The position numbers and the translations under genes were made by a program. Positions 42,655-55,430 of a DNA stretch of 64,000 bases are shown in pieces. Position 1 is the first letter of the stretch. Every line of letters starts with the position of its first letter. Under the pieces are notes generated by a model. It searched no databases. It saw nothing but the letters and a program-made list of their open reading frames with translations, and was not told where the DNA came from. Origin of the DNA: the human T2T-CHM13v2.0 reference genome, Homo sapiens; NCBI RefSeq assembly GCF_009914755.1, contig NC_060928.1; one strand, written 5' to 3'.

Positions 42655-43470
42655 CACATAAACGAATAAACTGAACCTACAGAATGGGAGAAAATTTTTG
42701 CAAATTATATTTGAGAAGGGTCTAGTATCTGGCATCTATAAGGACCTTAAACAAATTTGCAAGAAAAAAAAAACGAGCCCATTAAAACGTGGGCAGAGGA
42801 CATGAATAGCCACTTTTCAAAGGAAGACATACATGTGGCCAATAGTCATATGAAAAAATGCTCAACGTCACTGATTATTAGAGAAATGCAAATTAAAACC
42901 ACAATGAGATATCATCTAACACCAGTCAGAATGGCTACTATTAAAAACTCAAAAAATGATAGATGCTGGCAAGGTTGTGGAGAAAAAGGAACGTTTATAA
43001 ACTGTTGGTTGGATTGTAAATTAGTTCAGCCATTGTGGAAGACAGTGTTGCAATTCTTCAAAGACCTAAAGACAGAAATTCCATTTGACCCAGCAATTCC
43101 ATTACTGAGTGTATACCCAAAGGAACATAAATCACTCTATTATAAAGACACGTGTAAGTGTATGTTCACTGCAGCACTGTTCACAATAGCAATGAAATGG
43201 AATCAACCTAAATGTCAATCAATCATATACTGGATAAAGAAAATGTGTTGCCTATACACCATGGAATACTATGCAGCCATATAAAAATGAGATCCTGTCC
43301 TTTGCAGGGAAATGGATAGAGTTGATGGCCATTATCCTTAGCAAACTAACACAGGAACAGAAAACCAAATACCACATGTTCTCACTTATAAGTGAGAGCT
43401 AAATGATGAGAACACATAGACACATAAAGGCAACAACACACACTGGGGCTTTTCAGAGGGTGGAGGTTGG

Positions 43471-44030
43471 AAACAACTGAAGCGTCCATCAATAGATGAC
43501 TGGGTAAAGAAATGTGGTGCATATACACAATGAAGTACTATTAAGTCATAAAAAAGAGATCCTGTCATTTGTAACAACATGGATGGAACTGGTGGTCATT
43601 GTGTTGATTGAAATAAGCCAGACACAGAAAGACAACCATATATTCTCACTAATCTGTGGAAGCTAAAATAAATTAAAAAAAAAAAAACTAAGGATGGTTT
43701 TCAGTGGCTGGGATGGGTAGGTGGGGGGCAGGGGAAAGCAGGGTTGATTAATGGGTCCGAAAAGTAATTGGAAATAATCAATAAGACCACTATTTGCTAG
43801 AACAACATGTTAACTATAGTAAAAAATAATTTAACTGTTTATACAAAAATAACCAAAACAGTATCATGGATTGCTTGAAACAAAGGATAAATGCTTGAGA
43901 TGATGCATACCCCATACCCTGATGTGATTATTTCACATTGCATGCCTGTATCAAAATTTCTCATGTAACACATAAGTATATATACCTACTTTATACCCAC
44001 ATAAGTTAAAATAAAAAATTTAAAAAAACA
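43471..44030 (+). mobile_element. L1MA1/2-like 3' end
   Basis: 'gagatcctgtcatttgtaacaacatggatggaactgg' and 'ggataaatgcttgag...ccctgatgtgattat...tgcatgcctgtatcaaaa', ending in an A-rich tail. Confidence 0.87.
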
Positions 44031-44629
44031 AATTTTATATGGGGAAGCAAAATACCCTGAATAGCCAACACAATATTTAAGATGTGTAAAGCTGGAGAAT
44101 TAACACTACCAGACTTCAAGACACTAGAAAGTTACAGTGATCAAGACAGTGTGAAATCAATTGACAAAAAGAATAAACAAATATATCAGCACAATAAAAT
44201 ACAGAGCCCAGAAAAAAATCCACATAAGTTGATTCTTGACAAAGGAGCAAAAGCAATACAACTGCAATAGGATAGTCTTTTTAACAATTTGTGCTAGAAC
44301 AACTAGATGTCCACATATTAAACACATGAACCCACATACAGACCTTAAACCATTTACAAAATTAACTCAAAATGGAGCACAGACTTAATGTAAACACAAC
44401 ATGTTAAAACGTCTTGAAAATAACATAGGAAAAAATCTCCATGACTTTGGGTTTCATGATTTTTTGGGTGTAACACCAAAGGCACAATCCATGAACACAT
44501 GATTTGATAAGCTCAACTTGATTAAAATTGAAAACTTTTTCTCCATGAAAGGCAATGTCAAAAGAATAAAAAGATAAGCCACTGACTGGTAGAAAATATT
44601 TTCAGAAGACCTATTCAATAAAGAACCTC
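44031..44629 (+). mobile_element. Old L1M ORF2 fragment
   Basis: ORF 44082-44270 (KAGELTLPDFK...LILDKGAKAIQ) is L1 ORF2-like. Confidence 0.85.
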
Positions 44630-44822
44630 TGTTTTCTGAATTCCTTTGTCTACCCAAAATTCGTATGTTAAAATCTTAACCCTCAAGGTGATGGTAGTAG
44701 GAGTTGGGACCCTTCAGGAGGTGATTAGGTCATGAAGATGAAGTTCTCCTAAATCAGGGTAATTCCCTTGTAAAAGAGACACCAGAGAGCTCATTCATCC
44801 TTTCCACCACGTGAGAACACAC
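44630..44822 (+). mobile_element. MLT1A-like LTR, 5' half
   Basis: 'cccaaaattcgtatgttaaaatcttaaccctcaaggtgatggtag...ggaggtgattaggtcatga...aaaagagacaccagagagctc'. Confidence 0.82.
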
Positions 44823-46983
44823 ACTTACAATGATTAAAATAAGGACTAGGGGAAAACACTGTATGCTGGCAAGACGATAGAGAAACTGGAGCAATTGTAT
44901 AATGCAGTTAGGAGTATAAAATGGTTTAGGAAAGTAGCCTGGCAGGTGTAAATCCTTTATGACTTGAGAAAGATTATTTTGAATTTTAAACATTATCTCA
45001 GTATTAATGGTTAATAGATCATTATTATGATTATGCCTCTACGGGCCTTCAAGATCAAACTTTTTTTTTCTGAATTAGTTGCATAAGATACAAATGCAAC
45101 TGGCAAATGCCCTGACTTGACTAACTGGTTATTTTGACAGTGCCCTCCAGCTTTTTATGCTTTTAGTTGATTTCCTTGGCAACATGGCATCATGACTTAT
45201 TTTCATCTCATGTGCCTTCCCTTTGGAAGGACATGTTGATCTGAATATTTGTCTACTTCTTTTCATCAAATCCTAATAGTCCTCTTAGATTCAAATATCA
45301 CTACATGACAGAGGAACCTGTGATATTTATTAATTAAATGTATACATTCTATGAATATATGTGACATGTTAGCATTCCTTAAATAAATAAGCCATATCTT
45401 AATTAATATAAACATCTATTCAGAATTCAGTGGAGAGTTGTAACTGATGCTGTTTTCAAGCAATGTACCATCCAATCGAGTGAGTTACATTAGATAACCC
45501 CTAAACTACATTATATACAAATATACATTTATATGTAACACACACTCAACAGACCTTTTAGAAATGAGTGAAACAGATTATTAGAAATGATGGGAAAAAT
45601 TGTCATTTCTTCAGAACAGAAAAAATATTGTTATTATTCATATTTTCACAGACTGGTTTGCAAACTCTTAATGATTAGCCATAAAGATAAATTTTGTGGA
45701 AGAAGGCAGGGTTTATTGGACTTCATCTGTTATCTAGCCATGTATCAGATATTTATCCATAATTTTATACTATAGCAAACATTTTATTATATGTTAATTT
45801 TACTTACTTCCATTTTAAGATTAGGACTCTATTTGTTGGCTGGATAAAATTACTTCAAAAACAGTATTGTTTATAAACTTTCAGTCCTATATAAAAGTAA
45901 TTATACAAAAAAATTTCAATCATGTTATAACTATGATCTATTTATTCAGAGCTTTTAAAGCATTTTTTTATTATAACTACCCTTAGTAATTGAAATATTT
46001 CTTTATTGCAAAAGAATCATAAAAACTATTCCTGTAAAAATTACTTTAGTATTGTTATCTTTGTCAAAACAGCATATATAATTCTTATATTATGTATTTA
46101 CGTAATTATAATTCATTCTGTGGCAGCCCCTAAAATCTTTCTCTGCCCAAGAGTACAGGCAGTGAAGAATTTCTGTCCTTTGTGCCTCTAAGAGTAATAA
46201 AACTTCTTTCTTATAAGCTATCTTGAAACATATTATTTGTCTAATTGAAAAACCTTAGTTTAGCTAATGAAAATGTTCTCATTAATTATCAAGAGAAACT
46301 ATGTAAGCATGTTCATAAACAGAATAACAGCGCTGGTTCAGTGTTATATGATTAATAGTATGTAATAAGATGTGTAAGCAGCAATGTAAATTATGTGGTA
46401 TGTAATAATTTTATACATTATAAAATGGTGTTAAACAGAGCGTACTAACATTTCTTCCCAATGATTAATTTGGCAAGCTTGTCACAATTGCCCTGTCATC
46501 TGCTCACATACTGTTCATGACAGGTCTCTGACGCCAACTCATAATGCTTGGGAAAAATTAGCATTTGGCCTTTAGCAGCCAAACTCAACTAGACTTATAA
46601 ATGAAAGTTACTGCTCCAGAGCTGATATTTTTTTCAAGGTTAAATAAACAAAATGTAATAAAATTAGATTGTAAGTAGAATGCGTAAGTGCATACCTGCA
46701 TTGGAACCAAAACTCATAAAACAGATATATGTCAAGCATGCCTCCAGAGTTATAAAAAATACACAGAGTTTGTTGGTTTATTTATAATATATCCACTATG
46801 GAAATAATTTCATATGGTTACCTTTGTAATTTTCCATTTACAAATTACAAATCCAATTACCACTTTAAAACTTCACCACCCATTGGAAACATTGTATACT
46901 TTTCTTTAATGATATAGTCTTATAATGCTAATTTTTACTTACAATTCTAAGTTGCGAAATTTTTCTTTTATAAAACCGGGTTT

Positions 46984-47089
46984 GTACTCACTTTGGCAGC
47001 ACATATACTAAAATTGGAATGGTACAGAGAAGATTAACATGGGGTCTGTGCAAGGATGCCTCGCAAATTCTTGAAGTGTTCAGTAGTTT
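46984..47089 (+). pseudogene. RNU6: U6 snRNA retrocopy (full length, diverged)
   Basis: 'gtactcactttggcagcacatatactaaaattggaatggtacagagaagattaacatgg...caaggatg...cgcaaattcttgaagtgttc...ttt' follows U6 end to end, including the ACAGAGA box. CpG decay is evident. No PSE/TATA promoter is recognisable upstream. Confidence 0.95.
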
Positions 47090-47138
47090 CATGAAAATGG
47101 CCATACTGCTTGAAGAAATTTATAGATTAGATGCTATT
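47090..47138 (+). mobile_element. ~49-bp L1 ORF2 fragment fused to the U6 3' end
   Basis: 'catgaaaatggccatactgcttgaagaaatttatagattagatgctatt' is homologous to 27337-27385 of the L1PA7 in this window. Confidence 0.85.
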
Positions 47139-47819
47139 CTTCTTCATTATTTTTATCTTTTTTTCTTTATTCAACTTTCTGTGAACTTAACTTTTTAAAA
47201 TTTGATGCTTTAAATTATGGTCTACTGGTCATTCTTCAACGATAAGTCAATTATCCTCTAGTTTCCACTTCAGATACAACCTGTAATTTTTATATGAAAT
47301 ATTCTTATCAATAATTGTAAGGTTCTAAATATTTTCAGACTTTTATCATGCTTTCTTTTTTCTTTTTTAGTTATATAATTTCCTTTCTGTATTTTTACAT
47401 AGTAGATATTTAATATGTTTGTTTTTTTCATATTATTTTTGCTCAGAGAAGTTGTCAAGTACACTATTTTTATTTCGCTTTGATTGGAACTTGCTGCTTG
47501 GCCAGACATATGGGCAAATTTCACAAATGTCACATTTGACTTGGAAAAAATTGGCTTTTTTTGCATTTATGAGTGGGATGTTCTACACATAATAAGCTGC
47601 AAGATAAATGAAAAGTTTACCTCTTTTTGGTGGCTATGAATCTAGTCCTTCTATCTCTGACACTGGGGAGGGTAGGTGACTCATGGCCTCTGCCGCTATC
47701 CTTCATCCACCACTGCATTTGTGCCAAAGCCACAATTCCCCCAGGAGGCTTCCAGACAATGCCTGACCTATTCCTGTATTATGTTGACTTCCTCTACTAC
47801 ACAACTTTGGCTCGAGAAC

Positions 47820-48293
47820 TGCATTGGTTTTCTAGGGCTGCTGTAACAATTACCAAAACGAGAGTGGCTTAAAACCATTGAAATTCGTTCTAATCGATAT
47901 TAGATGAAGAAGTCTGAAATAAGTCACACTGGGCTGATATCAAGAAGTCATCAGAGCCGTTCTTCCTCCAGAGGCTCTAGGAAATAATCCGTCCCTCACT
48001 TATTCTAGCTTCTGGTGACTGCAGCATTTCTTGACACTTGGGGCTGCATCACTCCAATCTCAGCCTCATTGGTCATTTGCTTTCTCCTCTTGTGTGTTTG
48101 TCTTCTCCTTTTTCTGTCTGTGTGAAATCTCCCTCCTCTCTCTCAGGAGGACACTTACTAATTTCATTATGCAAGATAATACCTTTATCTTAAAATCCCT
48201 AATTTAATCTTATATTTTACCAAACAAAATTATATTCTTAGACTCTGGTAACTAGGGCCTGATATCCTTGGGGCACTTTTTCAGCAGACCACA
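47820..48293 (-). mobile_element. MLT1D/E-like solo LTR
   Basis: 'tgcattggttttctagggctgctgtaacaa...gtggcttaaaac...cactgggctgatatcaag...ccagaggctctagg...gaccaca'. Confidence 0.85.
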
Positions 48294-48529
48294 TGGGCTC
48301 CATTTTAGCATGGACACAATCTTCTTAAAGCTACACTTCAGTATAAGCATTGACTCTCCACTCCTCCTTTCTTTATTCACTCCTTTCACAGTTAGCAGAT
48401 ATGCATTGCCATCTGAAGATTCCTCCAGCTTACTTCCTTTACCCTTGCTAGACATTTTCCTCTATTAATATTCTGCTGGTGGAGTATAGATTTTCTTAAC
48501 CTCTACCATTGGCCAACCCAAGAACTGGC

Positions 48530-48930
48530 ACAAAAAGCACGTTACTGGTGTGGCCACAGTAGCAGAGATGGAGATTAGATACAGGCTGGGAGAATGGACT
48601 CCCACTTGTGAAGTTAATTGTACTTCTCAACACCTAGCCACTTAGCAACAAAGACAAATGCTGAGTAGCTAATATGGCATTATTAATTGAGTAGACAAAA
48701 AAAAAAAGCTTGTTAATAAGTTGAATTCATTGGGAATTTTCCACCTGAAAGGTTTAACATTTTATTCTCAGGAGATAGATATCTATTCTGGCTCAGGGTT
48801 TACAATTTCAGTCCACAAATGTTCACCCAACACCATTTTCCATCTGATTCTCAAATTTCTAATTCACAGGTATGGAACCTCATACAGTATAGCATCTAAC
48901 CAGGGACCCACCTGACTGTGAATAAAGTGC
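48530..48930 (+). mobile_element. ERVL-class internal fragment (integrase fossil)
   Basis: ORF 48721-48915 contains IDIYSGSGF and LIHRYGTSYSIASNQGPT, resembling ERVL integrase IDTYSGYGF...LIHRHGIPHSIASDQGTH. Confidence 0.75.
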
Positions 48931-49039
48931 AGGATGGTAATGATTTGCATAGTGTCTGGAATAATAGACATTCAACAATTATTTGCTAAATTAATGAATT
49001 ATGTCTTTTTTATTCATGTAATGTAATGTTATTAGGAGT

Positions 49040-49250
49040 GTTTATTGGCATAGAAAGTTAAATATAGCTCACTTTTGTTGACTCCAGGATTTATGCCATT
49101 TAATTCCCTTTCGAAAAATGATTTTCCATTTTATAACTGAGAAAAAATGAGAACAAAGAGCTTACATTAATTCCCTAATTCAAATAGTTATTAGATGTAA
49201 GACTAGGTTTATAATACAAGTTGTTTGACTGTAAGACCTCTCCTTTTACC
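49040..49250 (-). mobile_element. MIR SINE
   Basis: 'ttttccattttataactgagaaaaaatgagaacaaagagcttacattaattccc'. Confidence 0.6.
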
Positions 49251-49871
49251 TAAAACTTCTTAGAGAAAACTTCATGAGCCTTTGTCAGCTAGAAATTGAG
49301 ACCAAAGGGTAATATATGCAATTCGTGGTGAATTATTCCATTTAGAGATATTCTTTGAAAATTCAGCCTTCTTCACTCTGTTAGGAAAAATTTTAAATAA
49401 TGGAACTGACAGTAGTGATGTTCCCAATATCATAACAAACAGAATCTTCAAGTGGAAATGAAAAAATATCATAAATAATTACAAAAGCATTGTGATTATA
49501 AGGTTTTATAACTCTGGCCCAGGTAATTGGTCTTAGGACAATATTGTCCAAAAATAAACTTGATATTGAAGAAATTACAATATAGTATAATTTCCAAACA
49601 ACTAAAATTATTTCATGCAGCCTAGAACATTTTTTCATATAAAATTTCTAATTTAACAATGCATTTTTGAAAAAGGCTGAGGAAGACTAAATTGTCAAGT
49701 GACCACATTGTTTTACCTAGTATTCTATAAGGTAGCATGTACTTACTACACATTTAGATATTGTCTAAACATACCACAGTGGAGATAATGTTTCATAAAT
49801 AAGCTAGACTGCCTCTTGTAGCACTATTCCTCCCCCAACAATGTTTCCCCAACTAGATTTATAATTATTTA

Positions 49872-49918
49872 TTAGGTTGGTGCAAAAGTAATTGCAGTTT
49901 TTGCCATTAAAAGTAATG
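49872..49918. mobile_element. Half MADE1 (left arm + spacer only)
   Basis: 'ta|ttaggttggtgcaaaagtaattgcagtttttgccattaaaagtaatg', followed by AT-rich low-complexity sequence. Confidence 0.9.
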
Positions 49919-50559
49919 TAATAAAAATATAAATAATATAAGCAATATAAAATACAAAAATAAAATGTAAATAAATATAAACAAGTAATATAAATATATA
50001 AATAAAATATAATATAAATAAAATATAGATTAATGAGTTTAAATGTTGTCTTTACCACAGAACATTTCAGAGCCTATAAAATAAGAGTATGTGTATATCT
50101 GGGTATATATACACATTTAGATATACAATTATATCTATAAATATAAGTACATAACTATAAAATTATATGACCATATGTATTATATATAGTAATAATGAAT
50201 AATAAAATTTCTAAATAAATTCCATAAAATAGTATCTGTACTGGCCATTTAGAAGTCGAAAGGTCAAAATGAATTATAATTTTAAAACACTAATTTATAT
50301 ACTTTATGTTTTATATTTTGTAGTTTTATAATAATAAAATACTCATTTAAGCAAAATGCTTTCATTTTATAAAGGAAAAATATCTTCCCTAAACGTGTTT
50401 TATATAAAACAACTATGTGTGCTTCTTAGCCTCTTTCCTGCAGTCAATGCTCTGATCTACCAGGATGTTTGTTTAGTATTTGTATATTTAGGTTGCACTT
50501 TTTCTATCTGCAAGTATTTTTTAAAGCAATTATAGTCACAGTCCTCTTCTGTCTTCTAA

Positions 50560-51023
50560 GTTGTTCTTAGACGGTACTTGCTCAACAAAATATGCTTGGT
50601 AGCAACCAAGCACGCGGTTTCCCAGCAAGTTCTGTAGCTCTCAGGTGGCCAGGTACCTTGCCAAGAGCAGCAGGCGACCCAAAGTTGCCCTCGCTCCAGA
50701 GAATTCTCCTAGCACCCTAGTGCAAAAATTATCTGTTATTCAGTGACTGAAGCCTCTCCTTCTCCAATGAACTCTGAATCGTAGACTTGATGGGGCCTCT
50801 TCCAAATTTATTCCACTCCATTGTACTGTTTGTCAGAGCTACAGCTAGTGGCTGTCCCCTACATTTGTAATCCTTGCATTTCTTAGTGTCCCCTACATTT
50901 GTAATCCTTGCATTTCTTAGTGTTTTCAATGTCCCTTTACATAGTCAATCTCCTTTTACTAATGAATAATCCTTACTTTTAAAATTATTTTTTCAGATTT
51001 CTGCCTGGACCATAACTAATACA
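50560..51023 (+). mobile_element. Probable old ERVL-type LTR (MER21/MER68/MER77-like)
   Basis: GC-richer island ending 'tttctgcctggaccataactaataca', which resembles ERVL LTR 3' termini. The 5' boundary is uncertain. Confidence 0.45.
50853..50923. repeat. Perfect 34-bp tandem duplication
   Basis: tgtcccctacatttgtaatccttgcatttcttag x2 (50853-50886, 50887-50920), followed by tgt. Confidence 0.97.
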
Positions 51024-51626
51024 AAATTGAACATAGTTGTTCAATATTGTTAAATTATTCTCTACTTGAATTCCTAGGCAAGCATTTAAATAAAAATTTT
51101 TATCACTGAGAACATTTGCTGGCTATCATAGCAGAAATTAATTATTGACTGGGGATTATTTGAAGAACCAGTAGTTTCCTTTATCTATAAGACAAATCCT
51201 CTGTCATTGCCATGATCAGCGCACCAACAGTTTCTTGCATGTCATGTGCTATTCTATGACGTATGGTACCATCACTGACACCAGTATTTCAGATTGACTG
51301 CAAGTTTGTTTCAACTGTGTTTTAATATCAGTTAAAAACACCAAAAGAGAATTCAGGATAGATGTGAGTTGTTCATTTCCCTTGTTAAGTGGTAAGGTAG
51401 GAGATTGGGGAAAGATACTTGGAAAAAGGGAAGCATACAATCTTCTGGGCCACCTTGACACTTAGGTGCAAAACAGTTTGAGAACAATTAACAGAAGAAT
51501 TTTGATAATCCTATAACAGAGTATATGTATTCTATGTGAATTCTGAGTTCTAAAAAATCTTAAAATAATCAGGGCTTATTGGAAAAATAAGGTTGAGCCA
51601 ATCCACTTGAACCTGGTACAACTCAG

Positions 51627-51631
<5 letters not shown>

Positions 51632-51671
<40 letters not shown>
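51632..51671. repeat. (AC)20 microsatellite
   Basis: Read directly. Confidence 0.97.
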
Positions 51672-51674
<3 letters not shown>

Positions 51675-53774
51675 TTAGTAAGGGCAACAATAACAAAAAC
51701 ACTGAGAAGTTTGAGAAGTAACTCCATTAGCCAAGGTAGGAAGCTCACTATGGCTATAGATTTCCTACAGGGATAGAAAAAAATGTGCCCTCCAAAATGA
51801 AAAATAAGGTAGAAATACTAGCTTGCGGACCCTGAGATAATGCAGATGTAGCTGCGCCTCTAAGCACTAGAAGAAGTATCAACAAGCTAGGAGCCTAGAA
51901 CTATTCCAAGGTTAGGGATGTGCACCTTTAAGGATAATCTGTTACAGGCATTCATTTTATTATTTTTTTAAAAAAGAAAGAAAATAAGGATTCTCTCTGG
52001 GCAGTAGCCAAGCTTTCTCCTTTTCTGCTAAAGATTTTTAGTTTAATTTATGATAATCTGGCTCTCTTTACTATAGAAAATAGTTCATATTCTAACATAT
52101 GTTCACTTCATTCAACATAATTTCCCCATTTTTCAATTGCTGATAAGTTAATTGATATTTTAGAAACATGGCAGAATACAATATATATGAAAGTTGAATA
52201 CCTGGAAATTGAATTCCTCCAAATTCTCTGCTTAGTTAACTTTTTGACAGCTTTGCGTTATTCCTAGAGATACTCACACCTCAGTTGGAAGTCTAATGGC
52301 TTATACTATTGATTACTATATCATTTTGTATACTGTGAGGGAAGATTCATGGTAGAAATTTATGTGGAACATAAATGCAAAGCTTGATATATAAACCATA
52401 CGGATAGGACAAATATGTTAACCACGTTTCCTTGTCTTTAACTAATTAAAAGATTACAGCAATAATCTTCCATGTGAACTATAATACATATGTTGTATCC
52501 CATGCATTTTATTCAGTTTTTTTAGATGAGTGAATGGAAGAGGGATGGAAGGATTTAAAGGATGAAAAATTTTACAGTTTGTTCCTTTCTGTCTTGAAAA
52601 ATTTTTTTAAATCAGAATTCCCAACTCTTAGAATACCTATAAACTAAAGTGTATATAGACATAAATTTTTTAAATGAATTTGGGATATGGAAAATCATAT
52701 ATACATTAGTTGGAAGAGAAAACATTTGAGATATGAGTAACTTTATTAAGTTTATTTTAGTTACTTCCAAAATAATGGAAAAGGAAATCTCTTAGAAGTT
52801 GCTCTTGGAGATATTCTATGATTTTTGATAATCTGTAGAACATATCAGAATGAACTAATTATGTGTGGGATTAAAGAGTCCCACATTCATTATAAAAAGC
52901 CAATCCTTATTAAAATATCAAGACTAATAAGCTGGTTAAAATTGGCATTTAATAATAAAATGTCATCAGTCCCTACTATAGACAGTTGTGATTCTAGGAT
53001 TGCAACATATCTGGATAACTTCCTTATAAATCATTTTAATCATTGGATAATTAATTTTTAAATAAAACTTTTAGACGATTGATTAGAAGATTGATTATAT
53101 CATCATTTATTTGAACTTACTCTTGAATAGACTTTGTGTTTATGAAACTTATATATGTTACATTATGAACAATTTTATTTATTGTGTATGCTGTCTCTCC
53201 AAGAGGGAAATAGAATGTATGTCTAACATTAATGGTAACCCCAGTAACAGCTTGGAAATATATTTATTATAATATTATAAGATTAACTCAGTGTCCTGAA
53301 CAAGACAGAAATGTGTTGCTTGGATTCTTTCAAACATCTACCTAAAATTAAACGTACATTCCAGTCACATTAGAAAAATATCAAAAACTAAGTCAGAAAA
53401 ACTTAAGAAAGTACAATTAAACATATATCACAACTGAGTGAGAAAGTGAGAACTCTCTGAGCAGCCTATATCTTCAACCTAATTTTCATTTTTATTTATA
53501 TTTTTTATTTTGTGTGCTTTTTTTCTTTTTCACCTAATCATTTGAATTAAAAAGGCTACATAACAAATGAGCTATTCAACTAGAAGGCATCACAATATTC
53601 ACACCAAAATACTGGTATTATTGAATGAATAGCTACTGGATATATTTATCGATTAACAATATTAAAACTTGCCAAAAAACTCCTGTTTCTCAGTTAAAGC
53701 TTTTTTTTGGTAAATATGTATACAGTGATATGACCATTAATAAAATGTATGATGTAATAACAATGTATAGTTTA

Positions 53775-55430
53775 TTTTTAAAATTGTAATCAACAAATAC
53801 AGATTATATGTATTTATTGTGTACATGTTGTTTTGAAATATATACACTGTGAAATAGCAAAATCAAGCTAATCAAGATGCATTTTCTCACATACTTATTT
53901 TTGTGGTGAGACCACTTAAAATCTATTTTCTTAGCAATTTTCAAAAATACAATACGTTTTTATTAACTATAGTCACAATATTGTACAATATGTCTCCTGA
54001 ATTTATTCCTCCTATAGCACTGAAATTTTTTATATTTTGGCCCACACGTCATCAGTCTCCTTCCTCTCCCCCAACTCCTAGTAACCACCATTCTACTCTC
54101 TATTTGTGTGAGTTCAACTTTTTTACACTACTCATATAAATGAGACCATGTGATATATGCCTTTCTGTGCCTGTCTCATGTCACTCAACACAGTGTCTCC
54201 CATGTTCATCCACATTGTCATAAATGACAGACCTTTTTTCTTCTTTCAGGCTGAATAGTATTCAAATATGTATATATAATACATTTCCTTTATCCATTTA
54301 TTTGTTGATAGATACTTAATTTGATTACATATCTTGGCTACTATGAGTAACACGGTAATGAACATGGAAATCTAGTTAACTCCTTGACATACTGATTTCA
54401 ATTTCTTTAAATATATACTCTGTAGTGGGATTGCTATATCTTTTGGCAGTCCTATTTTCAGTATTTTGAGGAAGCACCATACCATTTTCCATAATGGCTG
54501 TATTAATTTGCATTCCCACTAACAGTATGCAAGTTTTCTCTTTTCTTTGCATGGTTGCTATTAGCTATCTTTCGCCTTTTTGAGAAAAATCATTCTAACA
54601 GGTAAAGGGTGCTATCTCATTTTGGATTTAATTTGCATTTCTCTGATAATTAGTGATGTGGAGTATCTTTACGTATGCATGTTGGTCATTTGTATGTCTC
54701 ATTTTGGGAAGTGTCTATCGAGGTCCTTTGCTCATTTTTAAAATCTGATTATTTGTGTTCTTGTTATTGGGTTATTTGAACTCTTTATATATATTTGGAT
54801 ATTAATGCCTTATCAGATGTATAGTAGGCAAATATTTTTTTCCATTCCATAGGTTGTGTCTTCACTCTGTTAATTTTTGCTTTTGTTATGCAAAGCTTCT
54901 TAATTTGATGTAATCCAATTTTTCCACTTTTGTTTTTGATGCTTGTGTTTTTGAGGTCTTATTCAAAATATACTTGCACATCCCACTTTTATGGAGTGTT
55001 TCCCTTAGGTTTTCTTCTGGTGGTTTCATAGTTTCAGGCTTTACATTTAACCATTTAATTTATTTTTATTTGATTTTCACATATGGTAAGAAATAGGGGT
55101 CTAGTTTAATTTTTATCAATGTGGATATCCAGTTTTTCCAACACCATTTGTTGAAGAAACTGTCCTCTTGCCAATATGTGCTTTGGGCACCTTTGTCAAA
55201 AGTTAGTCAGCTGTAAATGCATGGATGTATTTCTGCGTTCTCTACTCTGTCCTATTGGTCTATGTGTCTGTTTTTACACCAAATAACATGTTGTTTTATA
55301 GCTTTGTAGTATATTTTAAAATTAGGTAATGTGCTGTCTCTAGCTTTGTTCTTTTTGCTTAAGATTGCTCTCGCTATCTTTGTTTATTTTGTTTTGTTCT
55401 GTTTTACTTTTCCATATGAATTTTAAGATT
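53775..55430 (-). mobile_element. L1MA (MA6-8-like) 3' portion
   Basis: 'ttttgtggtgagaccacttaaaatcta...cttagcaattttcaa' through ORF2 'ttccatatgaattttaagatt'. Confidence 0.88.

Noticed and set aside
46984-47089. Functional U6 snRNA gene
   Set aside because: It has many substitutions including in the internal stem-loop region, no recognisable upstream PSE/TATA, and is fused to L1 sequence.
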